In this document: in pieces, positions 36,281 to 45,467 of the stretch
Position numbering within the stretch: position 1 is the stretch's first letter
Layout of the letters: the number at the start of each line of letters is the position of its first letter
Assembly (NCBI GenBank): GCA_964566925.1
Contig: CAZMIZ010000001.1
Coordinates: forward strand, 7,248-71,247
DNA: 64,000 nt
Source: an uncultured Gammaproteobacteria bacterium
GTDB lineage: Bacteria; Patescibacteriota; Microgenomatia; PFEM01; DATLAM01
Direction: 5' to 3'
Translations under genes and position numbers: made by a program
The notes under the pieces: model-generated
Told to the model about the DNA's origin: nothing
Seen by the model: the letters and a program-made list of their open reading frames with translations, nothing else
The model's database searches: none

Positions 36281-37075
36281 TTAGCTCGAAGCCGAGGAAT
36301 AACGGGTCAAGGCAAACCGCCAGAATCTTAAAGAAACCAAGACTAAAACAACACTCGCCACCAGAACCACTACTACTCCCCAGGGGGAAATCAGGCCTAA
36401 GAGGGCTTTGGCCGGAACAGTAACCATCACCGCCACTGGAATAACAAAAGTTAAGACCCAGCGGACTCCCTGAGGGTAGATGTCCGTTGGGAATCGAGCC
36501 ATATTAATCAAGTCACGATAAACTAAAATCATGTGGTCAATCTCGGTGGTCAACACACAAACTGAAGCTACAAAAAGATGAAAGGCAAAAGCGATTAACT
36601 GGCTTGCCAAATAAAGAATAAGAAAATAAACAAAGTGGATTGGGGCCTTAACCAAACCGTGGTTGAAAATAAAATATAAAGTGAAACCCCATAAGGGAAC
36701 TAAAACCACTAAGTCTAAAACGTCAGCCCAATGGAAAAGGGGGCGAAAAAAGGAGGGTAAAGGTTTAACCAAATAAAAATCAAACTCGCCCCGGACCACC
36801 AAAGGGCGGAAGCCGTAAACTGCCCTAAATAAAAACTGAGCCGTAGTGTCAATGATATTAAAAATCAAAAAGAAAAAAACAACCTGATAAGGATCATAGC
36901 TTGCCAGAAAATTGATTGAACGGACCACCACCAAAATAAAGATAAAAAAGAAAAGGAATCGAACAATTTTTCCTAAAGTGAAAAAAATAGCCGCATAACC
37001 GGTCGTCATCTGGCTAAGAGCCACATTTCTGGTAGAAAGCAACCAAACTCGAAAAAACTTCTTAATTTTTCTCAT
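36281..37075 (-). CDS. ABC-2 family (ABC2_membrane_6) permease
   Basis: GEFDFYLVKP, RFPTDIYP, FVIP, YSSASS. Confidence 0.88.
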   Translation of the reverse strand: MRKIKKFFRVWLLSTRNVALSQMTTGYAAIFFTLGKIVRFLFFFIFILVVVRSINFLASYDPYQVVFFFLIFNIIDTTAQFLFRAVYGFRPLVVRGEFDFYLVKPLPSFFRPLFHWADVLDLVVLVPLWGFTLYFIFNHGLVKAPIHFVYFLILYLASQLIAFAFHLFVASVCVLTTEIDHMILVYRDLINMARFPTDIYPQGVRWVLTFVIPVAVMVTVPAKALLGLISPWGVVVVLVASVVLVLVSLRFWRFALTRYSSASS

Positions 37076-37869
37076 CTTCCTGGAACATCATAGGCTCTTA
37101 ATCCTTTTTGCCAAATAAATTCTAAAGTTTTATAAAAAACAATGATCCAAAAACTGCTCACCAAAATTCCTAAGATTATCTGACTACCAGCAACCTGCCC
37201 CAACCAAATCTTTAAAGGAAAATAGACCAAATAAGGAAAGGGGGTAAATTGGAGGATTTTCATAAAAATCGGCGGCAAGACATCTAAAGGAAAAACCGCC
37301 CCACTCAAGAATTCCAAAAAGATGGCCATAAAAAGGAACCGAACCGACCAAACATCAATTAGCCAAAAACCGCTCATGCCAAAAATCTGATTGACGATAA
37401 AAAAGAGACAAACCGCCAAAGAGCAAATAAGAAAAAAGCCGACAAGATAAAAGGGGTCTGTTTGCACCAAGACTGGCGGTTTAAAAATAGCTATTAAAAT
37501 CCCCAGCTCGAAAACAATAAAAATCAGATTAAGGATTTTATCTGCTAAATCTCGGGCCAGCCAAAATCTAAAAAAGCCAATTGGCCGCAAAAGCCAATTG
37601 GCAGCATCCCCACTCCTGATTAGGCCCGCCAAATCACCACTCCGATTTCCTAAAACCAATCCCCGTAAAACCGCAATCCCCAGGGTATAGGTTAAAATTT
37701 GGTTTTTTTGGTAGCCAAAAAGATCTTCCCGACCAGCAAAAATAGCTGACCAAAAGAAAAATAGAGAAAGAAGGAGAATAAAGCTTCTAAATCGCCAAAG
37801 GGTAAAATTCAGCCGGTAAACAAAATATTCTTGAAAAGTGTTTTTCAAAACCTGAAAATATTTTCTCAT
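37072..37869 (-). CDS. ABC-2 family permease
   Basis: YRLNF, IRSG..LLRP, LSGAVFPLD, PFPYLVYFP. Confidence 0.88.
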   Translation of the reverse strand: MRKYFQVLKNTFQEYFVYRLNFTLWRFRSFILLLSLFFFWSAIFAGREDLFGYQKNQILTYTLGIAVLRGLVLGNRSGDLAGLIRSGDAANWLLRPIGFFRFWLARDLADKILNLIFIVFELGILIAIFKPPVLVQTDPFYLVGFFLICSLAVCLFFIVNQIFGMSGFWLIDVWSVRFLFMAIFLEFLSGAVFPLDVLPPIFMKILQFTPFPYLVYFPLKIWLGQVAGSQIILGILVSSFWIIVFYKTLEFIWQKGLRAYDVPGR

Positions 37870-38816
37870 TTTCGTTTCTGGCCAGTGTAAATTGGGCCCT
37901 TAAAACGGCCCTTGATAATCGCTTTGGTTTTAGGTGTCATTTTTAGAATGTAAAGTGAACTGCGACTGCCAATTGATTCCGCTCCTTGATAGCGATTAAA
38001 ATCTTGAAGTTTCTCTTCAATTAAAAGCCCTAATTGGCTGATAATTTTTTGGGCTTCTAGGCCTCGCTCCCGAGCCCGGTCGCTGTAACCATAACAAAAA
38101 TAAAACGTGGCTTCATTCTCACCAACGGCCTCAATTGCTCTTGAAAGAAAAACCTTAAAACCGTTAGGGGTGTAAGGAGGATCGGAAAAAACAATATCAA
38201 AAACCCCTTTCATGGCTGGAGGGAGGGGCTGCTTAGCATCGTAATATAAAAATTCAATTTTTAGTCTCTCTTTTTGGACAATCTTCTCAATTAATCTTAA
38301 AAGTTGGCGATCAATGTCAGCCACTATAATTTTTTCCGCTCCCCTAAACAAGGCAAAAGCAATACTGGTCAAATCATAATCTCCTAAAAAAAGAGCTCTC
38401 TTTCCCTCTAAATCACCTCTCTCTTGAATTAAGGAGGCTCTTTTAATCACAGTCTCCAGTGTTGCCGGAAACTGGTCAAGGTTTCTTTTAGACTTTGATC
38501 GAAAGGCAAAGAAACGCTTTAATTGATCAAAGAGGGGTTTTTTAAGAACCTTTTCTGATGATGAACCAATCATTTCTGCTTCAACGAACTCTCTTCCAGT
38601 CTGGTTCAGGGTTACGTATTGAGAGGGCTTCTTTAGGAGCGGCTGAAGATCTTTTAAAAAATCCCGGATCACCGATTTAGGCAAACCACTCTCCCTCACT
38701 AATTTTTGATTTTCGGTCTTCTTATTCTGATACAAAAACCAAAGAATTTCTCTAATTTTTTGGGGTCTAAGCCCAGTTTTTCGGGAAACCTCTTTTAAGT
38801 TGACTTTTTCAGGCAT
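37866..38816 (-). CDS. BpsA-like N4-bis(aminopropyl)spermidine synthase family protein (DUF43)
   Basis: LDQ..AT.ET..KRA..I..RGDLEGK..LFLGDYDLTS, DID.QLL, FD.VFSDPPYT..GF.VFLSRA; start at ATG 38816. Confidence 0.75.
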   Translation of the reverse strand: MPEKVNLKEVSRKTGLRPQKIREILWFLYQNKKTENQKLVRESGLPKSVIRDFLKDLQPLLKKPSQYVTLNQTGREFVEAEMIGSSSEKVLKKPLFDQLKRFFAFRSKSKRNLDQFPATLETVIKRASLIQERGDLEGKRALFLGDYDLTSIAFALFRGAEKIIVADIDRQLLRLIEKIVQKERLKIEFLYYDAKQPLPPAMKGVFDIVFSDPPYTPNGFKVFLSRAIEAVGENEATFYFCYGYSDRARERGLEAQKIISQLGLLIEEKLQDFNRYQGAESIGSRSSLYILKMTPKTKAIIKGRFKGPIYTGQKRK

Positions 38817-39792
38817 AGTCTTTGCCAGTGAAGAGCTCGCGAATGATGTCGTCAATTGGAGCTTCCTCAACATTCAAATCAGCTACCGGAAATTTTTGGA
38901 GCAACTGAGCCGCGGCCACCGAAGCTGCTTCTCTTTTAATAGAAAGCGTCGCCTTAGGAAAATCATAATCTTTTACCTTGCCAATTGCTTCAAGTTTTTT
39001 GGGATCAATCTCTTTGGCAAAAACCACCGACAGAAGCTTGTGATCAGCGTATTTTTCTACAATTTCGGAGAGTTCTCCGTCAAAAACAATTTTCCCTTTA
39101 TCAATAATTACCACCCGCTCGCAAAGCTCTTGGACATCGCCCATGTAGTGTGAGGTGAGGATAATGGTTGAGTTATATTTGTGGTTATAACTTTTAATAA
39201 AGTCACGCATCTTTTTTTGCATGACGACATCGAGGCCAATAGTAGGTTCATCAAGGAAAAGGATCCTAGGTGAATGAAGGAGGGCCGCAATTAACTCGCA
39301 CTTCATCCGCTGCCCTAAAGAGAGCTTTCTCACCTGAACTTTCAAAATATCTTTAACATCCAGAAGTCGAACAAGATCACTTAAGGTTTCCTTATATTTT
39401 TTGTCTGGAACTTCATAAATCTCCTTATTGAGAATAAAACTTTCAATCGCCGGCAAATCCCACCAAAGCTGATTTTTCTGACCCATCACTAAAGCGAACT
39501 GCTTCTGGAATTCCGGCTTTCTATCCCAGGGATCATAGCCAAGAACCGAAACTTCTCCGCTAGTAGGGTACAAAAGACCAGAGAGGCATTTTAAAGTGGT
39601 CGTTTTACCTGCTCCATTGGGCCCAATAAAACCAACTAATTCACCTTCTTCAATGGTAAAAGAAATGTTATCCACGGCCTTAACAGTCTTATATTTTCTC
39701 TTAACCAAAGACTTTAGAGATCCAAAGAAGCCTGGCTCTTTTTGGTGAACCTGATAATATTTTTTTAAATTCTTTACTTTAATAACATTCAT
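38809..39792 (-). CDS. ABC transporter ATP-binding protein (COG4586 type)
   Basis: GPNGAGKTT, GQKNQLWWDLP, LSLGQRMKCE, LDEPTIGLD. Confidence 0.93.
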   Translation of the reverse strand: MNVIKVKNLKKYYQVHQKEPGFFGSLKSLVKRKYKTVKAVDNISFTIEEGELVGFIGPNGAGKTTTLKCLSGLLYPTSGEVSVLGYDPWDRKPEFQKQFALVMGQKNQLWWDLPAIESFILNKEIYEVPDKKYKETLSDLVRLLDVKDILKVQVRKLSLGQRMKCELIAALLHSPRILFLDEPTIGLDVVMQKKMRDFIKSYNHKYNSTIILTSHYMGDVQELCERVVIIDKGKIVFDGELSEIVEKYADHKLLSVVFAKEIDPKKLEAIGKVKDYDFPKATLSIKREAASVAAAQLLQKFPVADLNVEEAPIDDIIRELFTGKDYA

Positions 39793-39814
39793 TGCTTTCC
39801 TTTATCTTATCATA

Positions 39815-40603
39815 TCAACCCGCAGCGCTTGAATAGCGGCGGAGAGCAAATTGCCAAAATAGCTGGGAAAAAGCGAAACTGGCTAGACTGATAATCACTC
39901 CCACTAAAACTAATTCAAAGCCTGTTTCTCCTAAAAGCGCTTGGGTGGGAAAAGTAGAAACAAAGGCAGTCGGAATAAAATAAATAAAGAAGGCTCTTGC
40001 TTTATCCTTAAATACGTAGACTGGCGCCCGACCAACGTCGACCATCTCTGAACATAGATCACCTAAATTAAACAGATTCGTAAACCAAAAATTAGTGGTG
40101 GTGATAATGAAGAAGAGATTATAAAAAATAAAAAGTCCTAAAATAAAAAGAAGGGCCGCGTTTAGCCATGCAAAAAGTGCTGGTTGAACCTGAAGAGTTT
40201 TTAATAGTCCGGGGATGAGAAAAAGAATAACCAACATTCGCGGATAATGGTCATTGTCAAAATAGCGAGTCGAGACAAAAAAACGCGGACTAACTGGTTT
40301 TAAAAGAACCAAGTCTAGCTCCCCATGACGCACTAAACGAGAAAACTTTCTTAGATTGATTAAGAAAAAAGTCCAGAGGAAATCAAAGAATAAAGCCTGG
40401 ACGAAAACAAGGAGTAAAACTTTATCCTTAGACCAGCCAGCAATCGCCTCAACTTGACCAAAAATAAGATTAACCGAGGCGAGCATTAAGCCAAACCAAA
40501 GAAAATTCATGATGGCCCAAGTCGTGACCTGGAAACGAAATTCCAAATCTCGCATCAGGCAATTTTTGAAAAAATGGAAATAGAGAGATAAATAGCGCTT
40601 CAT
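39815..40603 (-). CDS. ABC-2 family permease
   Basis: IAGWS, GELDLVLLKP, YSSAAG; start at ATG 40603. Confidence 0.87.
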   Translation of the reverse strand: MKRYLSLYFHFFKNCLMRDLEFRFQVTTWAIMNFLWFGLMLASVNLIFGQVEAIAGWSKDKVLLLVFVQALFFDFLWTFFLINLRKFSRLVRHGELDLVLLKPVSPRFFVSTRYFDNDHYPRMLVILFLIPGLLKTLQVQPALFAWLNAALLFILGLFIFYNLFFIITTTNFWFTNLFNLGDLCSEMVDVGRAPVYVFKDKARAFFIYFIPTAFVSTFPTQALLGETGFELVLVGVIISLASFAFSQLFWQFALRRYSSAAG

Positions 40604-40605
40604 TT

Positions 40606-41397
40606 TTATTGGCCAAAGGCCGTATAAGCTCGTCGGCCTCGACTCCACATTAACTTATAAAGCTGAACTGAAATCCCGATCCAAAAAATGGCGATAATCA
40701 TACCCTGGATCACTTCCATCCCTGAAAGCTTGCCAAAATAAATCTCCAAAGGAAAAGAAAACATATAACGAAAAGGTAAAAGTTTAATCAGCGTCTGAAA
40801 AGCGGGAGGAATAAAACTAATGGGAATACCCTGGCCACCCAAGATTAGTCTTGAAATCCAAAAAAGGCTATCCAGTGATCCTACCTCGATAAACCAAAAC
40901 GCTAAAAGACCCATGCAAAGACTAAAACTGAAAACCACGAAAATTGCCAGAATGATCGCCAGGATTAAAATTAGAATTTTGGTTAAAAATAAATCAAAAA
41001 CGATATAATTCCGAAGGAGAAAGGCAAATAAAAAGGTCGTAGCTAAACCAACCGATGAAGAGATGGCGTGCCAACCCAGTTCTCCAGTAAATTTCTGCCA
41101 GTAATAGGAAATTGGCTTGATTATCATGCTAACAATTCTCCCTTCTTTAATTTCGTCTCGGACGTCATAAAAAGGAAACCAACCAGTCAACCATTGTAAA
41201 AACAGGGCAGCTACATAATAGGTAATTAATTCTGGCTTGCTGTAACCGCCGATCATTTCTCCGGCAGAAGCCGAAAACCAAATAGCAATGGTCGTTATCA
41301 AGGACAGGGCGTTACTAGCCAACCAAATTAACATCGGCCCTCGGTAGATAAAGGCATTTTGTAAACTCGTTTTATAAAAAGCGTAATATTTTTTCAT
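40606..41397 (-). CDS. ABC-2 family permease
   Basis: IYR, IGGY..ELITY, IKEG..IIKP, LPFRYMFSFP. Confidence 0.87.
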   Translation of the reverse strand: MKKYYAFYKTSLQNAFIYRGPMLIWLASNALSLITTIAIWFSASAGEMIGGYSKPELITYYVAALFLQWLTGWFPFYDVRDEIKEGRIVSMIIKPISYYWQKFTGELGWHAISSSVGLATTFLFAFLLRNYIVFDLFLTKILILILAIILAIFVVFSFSLCMGLLAFWFIEVGSLDSLFWISRLILGGQGIPISFIPPAFQTLIKLLPFRYMFSFPLEIYFGKLSGMEVIQGMIIAIFWIGISVQLYKLMWSRGRRAYTAFGQ

Positions 41398-41410
41398 TTC
41401 TCTCCAAAAT

Positions 41411-41438
41411 AAAAAAGCGCGGTTCTCACCGCGCTTTT
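41411..41438 (-). terminator. Intrinsic terminator after HU
   Basis: AAAAGCGCGG-loop-CCGCGCTTTT with U run on the minus strand. Confidence 0.8.
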
Positions 41439-41457
41439 GGAAAAATTCAAATTTTTC

Positions 41458-41730
41458 TCATCTCACCGCCCTTTGGAGGGGCTTGCCAGGACGAAACCTG
41501 GCGGCGCGGTGAGCCTTAATTGTCCGTTTCTCTCCGGTTCTAGGGATAACTACCGGCTTATCTTTAACATTGACAACCTTGAACGTGCCAAATCCAGAAA
41601 GAACAACACGATCACCTTTTTTTAATGCTTTAGCAATTTCCCCTAGAAAAGTGTCAATTGCTTCTCTGGCTGCCTTACGGGTCAGGTGGGCTTTACGAGC
41701 CACCAAATCGATCATCTCGTTTTTGGTCAT
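41458..41730 (-). CDS. hup: HU DNA-binding protein
   Basis: MTKNEMI, GDRVVLSGFGTF, PRTGE, FRPGK.L. Confidence 0.93.
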   Translation of the reverse strand: MTKNEMIDLVARKAHLTRKAAREAIDTFLGEIAKALKKGDRVVLSGFGTFKVVNVKDKPVVIPRTGEKRTIKAHRAARFRPGKPLQRAVR

Positions 41731-41813
41731 CTCTTTCCTTTCCGGGCAGTTGCTCTAACCATACACTTTCTTTATTAGTTTGTCAAGGTTTATAGGCATT
41801 TTCGATCAATTGG

Positions 41814-43247
41814 TTACTTGGCTTTAGTCGTCCCGCTCACTCTCATCTCCCGAATCCCGCTCACTTTAATCTGGCCTGCATATTGGACCTCTTTTTCCAG
41901 TTTTTCGGTAATTTTATTTACCAGAACAGTCAATTCGTCATCACTTATCTCTTGAGGATTAACTAAAACCCGAACATCTCGTCCAGCCTGATAAGCGTAA
42001 GCTTTATCCACTCCGTCGAAATCACCGGCAATTTTCTCAATCTGAGTCATCCTTTTGACATATTCTTCATGAGGTTCATAACGAGCTCCGGGTCGGGCAC
42101 CCGAAGCTGCATCGGCAATCCAAATAATCCTTGATTCAGGTGAGGAAAAAGGCTTATCTTCATGGTGCTCTTCAATACAGGCAATTACCTCTGGAGGCAG
42201 GTTGTACTTTTTAGCAACATTAACTCCTAATTCGACGTGGGTCCCCTCTTGATCGGTAATCACCTTGCCGATGTCGTGAAGAAGACAACCTAGACGGACA
42301 ACCGTAACATTCGCTCCAATTTCAGCGGCAATGGCCACCCCAATTTTAGTCTCCTCTAGGGTATGAGCAATCATGTTCTGGCCATAAGAAAAGCGAAACT
42401 TAAACCGGCCTAAAAGTTTAACCAAATCAGAGTGAAGGTTATAAACTTTAACGGTATGACAAAGTCTTTGGCCTTCTTCCAAAAGAATTTTGTCCATCGT
42501 TTGTTTGGTTTTCTCAACCACCTCTTCGATTCGAGCCGGTTGAATGCGGCGATCCCGAATTAGTCTTAAAAGCGCCCTCCGAGCAATCTCTCTTCTCACT
42601 GGATCAAAGGAAGAAAGGTGAATCTCATTAGTTTCGCCAAGTTCAATTTCTACCCCAGTCGCTTGTTCAAAAGCACGAATGTTACGTCCTTCTCGGCCAA
42701 TAATTCTTCCTTTCATTTCTTCGTTGGGAAGCTGAACCGTCGAAACAGTGTATTCGGCCACGTAGTCCGTTACCCCGTGCTGCATGGCGTCAGTCAAAAT
42801 CTCTTGGGCTTTTTCATCCGCTTCGGCCTTAATCTTTTCCTCAGCCTCTCTGATTCGACGAGAAACTTCTCCAGCCAACCGTTTTTCGGTGGCTTCAAGA
42901 ATGAGTTTTTTAGCTTCTTCTCGAGTCAATTTAGCTGCCCGTTCGAGGCGGGCTAATTGCTCCTTTTTAATCCCCTCCAATTCAACTAGCTTCTTTTCCA
43001 GTTCTTTTTCCCTTCGGTCAATTTGTCTTTCTCGTTCTTCAAGAATCCCCAACTTGCGGTCGATTTCCGCTTCGCGCCTGATTATTTCAGCGGAAGGTTT
43101 AATCTTTTTTGGAGTCGCTCTTTTTGTTAACCGCAAAGGTTTTTGTCTTGACGATCTCCCCTTGGCCTTCCCTTTAATAGTTCGCTGACGAGAACCTTTT
43201 TTGGGCGGCTCAGCCACACCGGCTAAGCGATCGAATATTGAAGCCAT
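41814..43247 (-). CDS. rny: Ribonuclease Y
   Basis: MKGRIIGREGRNIR (KH), SYGQN, LLHDIGK, HHE, ARPGAR. Confidence 0.95.
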   Translation of the reverse strand: MASIFDRLAGVAEPPKKGSRQRTIKGKAKGRSSRQKPLRLTKRATPKKIKPSAEIIRREAEIDRKLGILEERERQIDRREKELEKKLVELEGIKKEQLARLERAAKLTREEAKKLILEATEKRLAGEVSRRIREAEEKIKAEADEKAQEILTDAMQHGVTDYVAEYTVSTVQLPNEEMKGRIIGREGRNIRAFEQATGVEIELGETNEIHLSSFDPVRREIARRALLRLIRDRRIQPARIEEVVEKTKQTMDKILLEEGQRLCHTVKVYNLHSDLVKLLGRFKFRFSYGQNMIAHTLEETKIGVAIAAEIGANVTVVRLGCLLHDIGKVITDQEGTHVELGVNVAKKYNLPPEVIACIEEHHEDKPFSSPESRIIWIADAASGARPGARYEPHEEYVKRMTQIEKIAGDFDGVDKAYAYQAGRDVRVLVNPQEISDDELTVLVNKITEKLEKEVQYAGQIKVSGIREMRVSGTTKAK

Positions 43248-43392
43248 AATTTCTCCTTTTGTCTGGCGAAAAGCAACGGAAAAGAGGCGCTTCCTAGCGC
43301 CTGATCAGAAGGATAACGTTAAAGGTTTTAAAATCGCTTCTGAAGTCATTTTAGATGCCAATTTCGCCAAAATTATTTAACTGGGGGTTATT

Positions 43393-44010
43393 TTACTCTT
43401 TTTTTGCATATTGGTCAATCACTGATTTGATGGTTGACCAAGAAAAGCCCCGGCGAGCCAGGAAAGCAGAGAGCTTGTTTCTCAATTCCTGAGGGGGTAG
43501 TTTTTGGTAAGCTTTGAGTTTTTTTTGAGCTGTTTTCCTGGCTAAAGGCAATTCATTAACTTTTTCCAATGCTTTATCAATAACCTCTTTTTTAATTCCT
43601 TTTTGTCTTAACTCTAGACGCAAAGCCATCTTCCCTCGAGGTCTGAAAGTCGCTCTTTGCCCAATCCACCAATGGCTAAAATTCCGATCATTAAGGTAGT
43701 CTAACTTTTTCAGCTTTTTGATAATTTTCTGGGAAACTCTAGGCGTGGCTCCTTTTTTAGCTAAATAATCTTTGATCTCTTTTTCTGAGCGGGGCCGAAG
43801 AGATAAAACTCGATACGTCTTGTCCAAAAGTTTTTGAAATTCGTTCTCAAAAATGAGATTTTCGACCTGGTCTTCAGACAACTTCCGGCCAATTTCCAAC
43901 CCAGCTTTCAAGAAATTGTTTATATCCAAACCGAAAGCAAACCGGCCATCAAGGTAAATATTAACCCGCTTCTTATTCCTCTGGGTCTTAATCTTGGTAA
44001 TAATCGCCAT
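43393..44010 (-). CDS. recX: Regulatory protein RecX
   Basis: RPRSEKE, YLND..F, ELRQKGI, LARRGF; downstream of recA. Confidence 0.9.
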   Translation of the reverse strand: MAIITKIKTQRNKKRVNIYLDGRFAFGLDINNFLKAGLEIGRKLSEDQVENLIFENEFQKLLDKTYRVLSLRPRSEKEIKDYLAKKGATPRVSQKIIKKLKKLDYLNDRNFSHWWIGQRATFRPRGKMALRLELRQKGIKKEVIDKALEKVNELPLARKTAQKKLKAYQKLPPQELRNKLSAFLARRGFSWSTIKSVIDQYAKKE

Positions 44011-44029
44011 GGCCTTATTTTACACTAAA

Positions 44030-44049
44030 AATCCGCCAGCTGGCGGATT
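44030..44049. repeat. Perfect 20-bp palindrome AATCCGCCAGCTGGCGGATT
   Basis: Self-complementary; same family as 12218 and 28813. Confidence 0.75.
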
Positions 44050-44076
44050 AAACTATTAAGCTTTAGCTGTTTAACC

Positions 44077-45102
44077 CTAACTTTTCTTCCTTGGCAACTC
44101 CAATTTTCCTGCTTTTGCCTCTTTCCAAATTTCTCTTTCAAGTTGTTTCGTCACTTTGGGGTGTTCTTGGAGAAAAATTTTAGCGGCTTCCCGACCTTGA
44201 CCAAGCATGGTTTTGCCAAATTTAAAGAAAGCACCCGATTTCTCCACGGCGCCTAGATCAACCGCTAAATCCAAAATATCGCCTGTTTTAGAAATTCCGC
44301 CCACGTTCATAATGTCAAATTCGGCCACCCTAAAGGGAGGAGCCACCTTATTTTTAATCACTCGAGCGCGATGACGAGAGCCGATAGCGGTGTCACCATC
44401 TTTTAAAGTTCCTATTTTCCTCAGATCAATCCTGACTGAAGAATAAAATTTTAAAGCTAAACCACCTGGCGTAGTTTCCGGATTGCCAAACATTACCCCG
44501 ATTTTGTGACGAATTTGATTGGTAAAAATCACCACTGTTTTTGATTTAGAAATGGCCGCCGCTAATTTCCTCAAAGCTTGAGACATCAGTCTTGCCTGAA
44601 CTCCAATCATGGCGTCACCCATCTCTCCTTCAATTTCCGCCCGAGGCACTAGAGCGGCTACCGAATCAATGGCAATCACGTCCACAGCCCCAGAACGAAC
44701 TAGAGTCTCCACAATCTCTAATGCCTGTTCGCCGGTATCCGGTTGAGAAATTAAAAGATCATCAAGGTTGACCCCAATTGATTCCGCCCGAGCTGGGTCT
44801 AAAGCGTGTTCGGCATCAACAAAAGCCGCCACTCCCCCTATTTTCTGGGCTTCGGCAATAATATGAAGGGCTAAAGTTGTTTTTCCTGAAGCTTCGGGAC
44901 CATAGACTTCCACTACCCGGCCGCGGGGCAAGCCTCCCACGCCCAAGGCAATATCTAGGCCTAGACTGCCAGTGGGGATAACATCAACTTTCTTCACTTC
45001 TCCTTTTCCTCCCAGCTTCATAATCGCCCCTTTACCGTATTGTTTTTCGATCTGTTCCATCGCCATTTTAACGGCGGAAAGCTTTTTCTTATCTTTAGTC
45101 AT
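44077..45102 (-). CDS. recA: Recombinase RecA
   Basis: [41 protein letters not shown]. Confidence 0.99.
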   Translation of the reverse strand: MTKDKKKLSAVKMAMEQIEKQYGKGAIMKLGGKGEVKKVDVIPTGSLGLDIALGVGGLPRGRVVEVYGPEASGKTTLALHIIAEAQKIGGVAAFVDAEHALDPARAESIGVNLDDLLISQPDTGEQALEIVETLVRSGAVDVIAIDSVAALVPRAEIEGEMGDAMIGVQARLMSQALRKLAAAISKSKTVVIFTNQIRHKIGVMFGNPETTPGGLALKFYSSVRIDLRKIGTLKDGDTAIGSRHRARVIKNKVAPPFRVAEFDIMNVGGISKTGDILDLAVDLGAVEKSGAFFKFGKTMLGQGREAAKIFLQEHPKVTKQLEREIWKEAKAGKLELPRKKS

Positions 45103-45148
45103 CGCGGTTCAATTTTGGCACAAAATTTGCTAAAATACAAGTGTGGTT

Positions 45149-45215
45149 CGGGGAGTAGTTTAGTGGTAGAATACGCGCCTGTCTGCCGACAGGCAGGCAT
45201 GGGGTGCGTGTGGCC
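45149..45215 (+). pseudogene. Truncated tRNA-Pro 5' copy (47 nt) interrupted by a 20-nt palindrome
   Basis: Identical to 45453-45499 except for CCTGTCTGCCGACAGGCAGG (45178-45197) in the anticodon stem; lacks T arm and 3' acceptor strand; TGcTAAAAT at 45128-45136. Confidence 0.9.
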
Positions 45216-45221
45216 AACAAA

Positions 45222-45467
45222 ATGTGGTTAGTCTATCGCATAACAAATAAGCAGAAAGATTATTCTTATGTAGGGATAACACAAGGCACGGAAAAAAGAC
45301 TGCAAAAACATAACGAAGGGGCAACAAGATCAACAAAACCATATAGACCATTTAATAAGATAGAGGTCATAAAGGCTTGTCCGACTAGAAAAGAGGCACG
45401 ACACTGGGAAAAATATTATAAATCTGGAATCGGCAGAGAACAGCTAAAAACACGGGGAGTAGTTTAG
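45222..45467 (+). CDS. Small GIY-YIG endonuclease (YhbQ/SLX1-like), 81 aa
   Basis: VYRI...YVGIT...RL..HN.GA..STKPYRP...EA..WEKYYKS..GR; stop TAG lies inside the tRNA D arm. Confidence 0.9.
   Translation: MWLVYRITNKQKDYSYVGITQGTEKRLQKHNEGATRSTKPYRPFNKIEVIKACPTRKEARHWEKYYKSGIGREQLKTRGVV

Noticed and set aside
43255-43375. Calling this region 6S RNA
   Set aside because: It is about 106 nt and multibranched rather than a long rod with a central bubble; kept only as an unassigned structure.
45178-45197. Short tRNA intron in the anticodon arm
   Set aside because: It sits in the stem of a copy that lacks the T arm and 3' acceptor strand, so removal would not give a tRNA.
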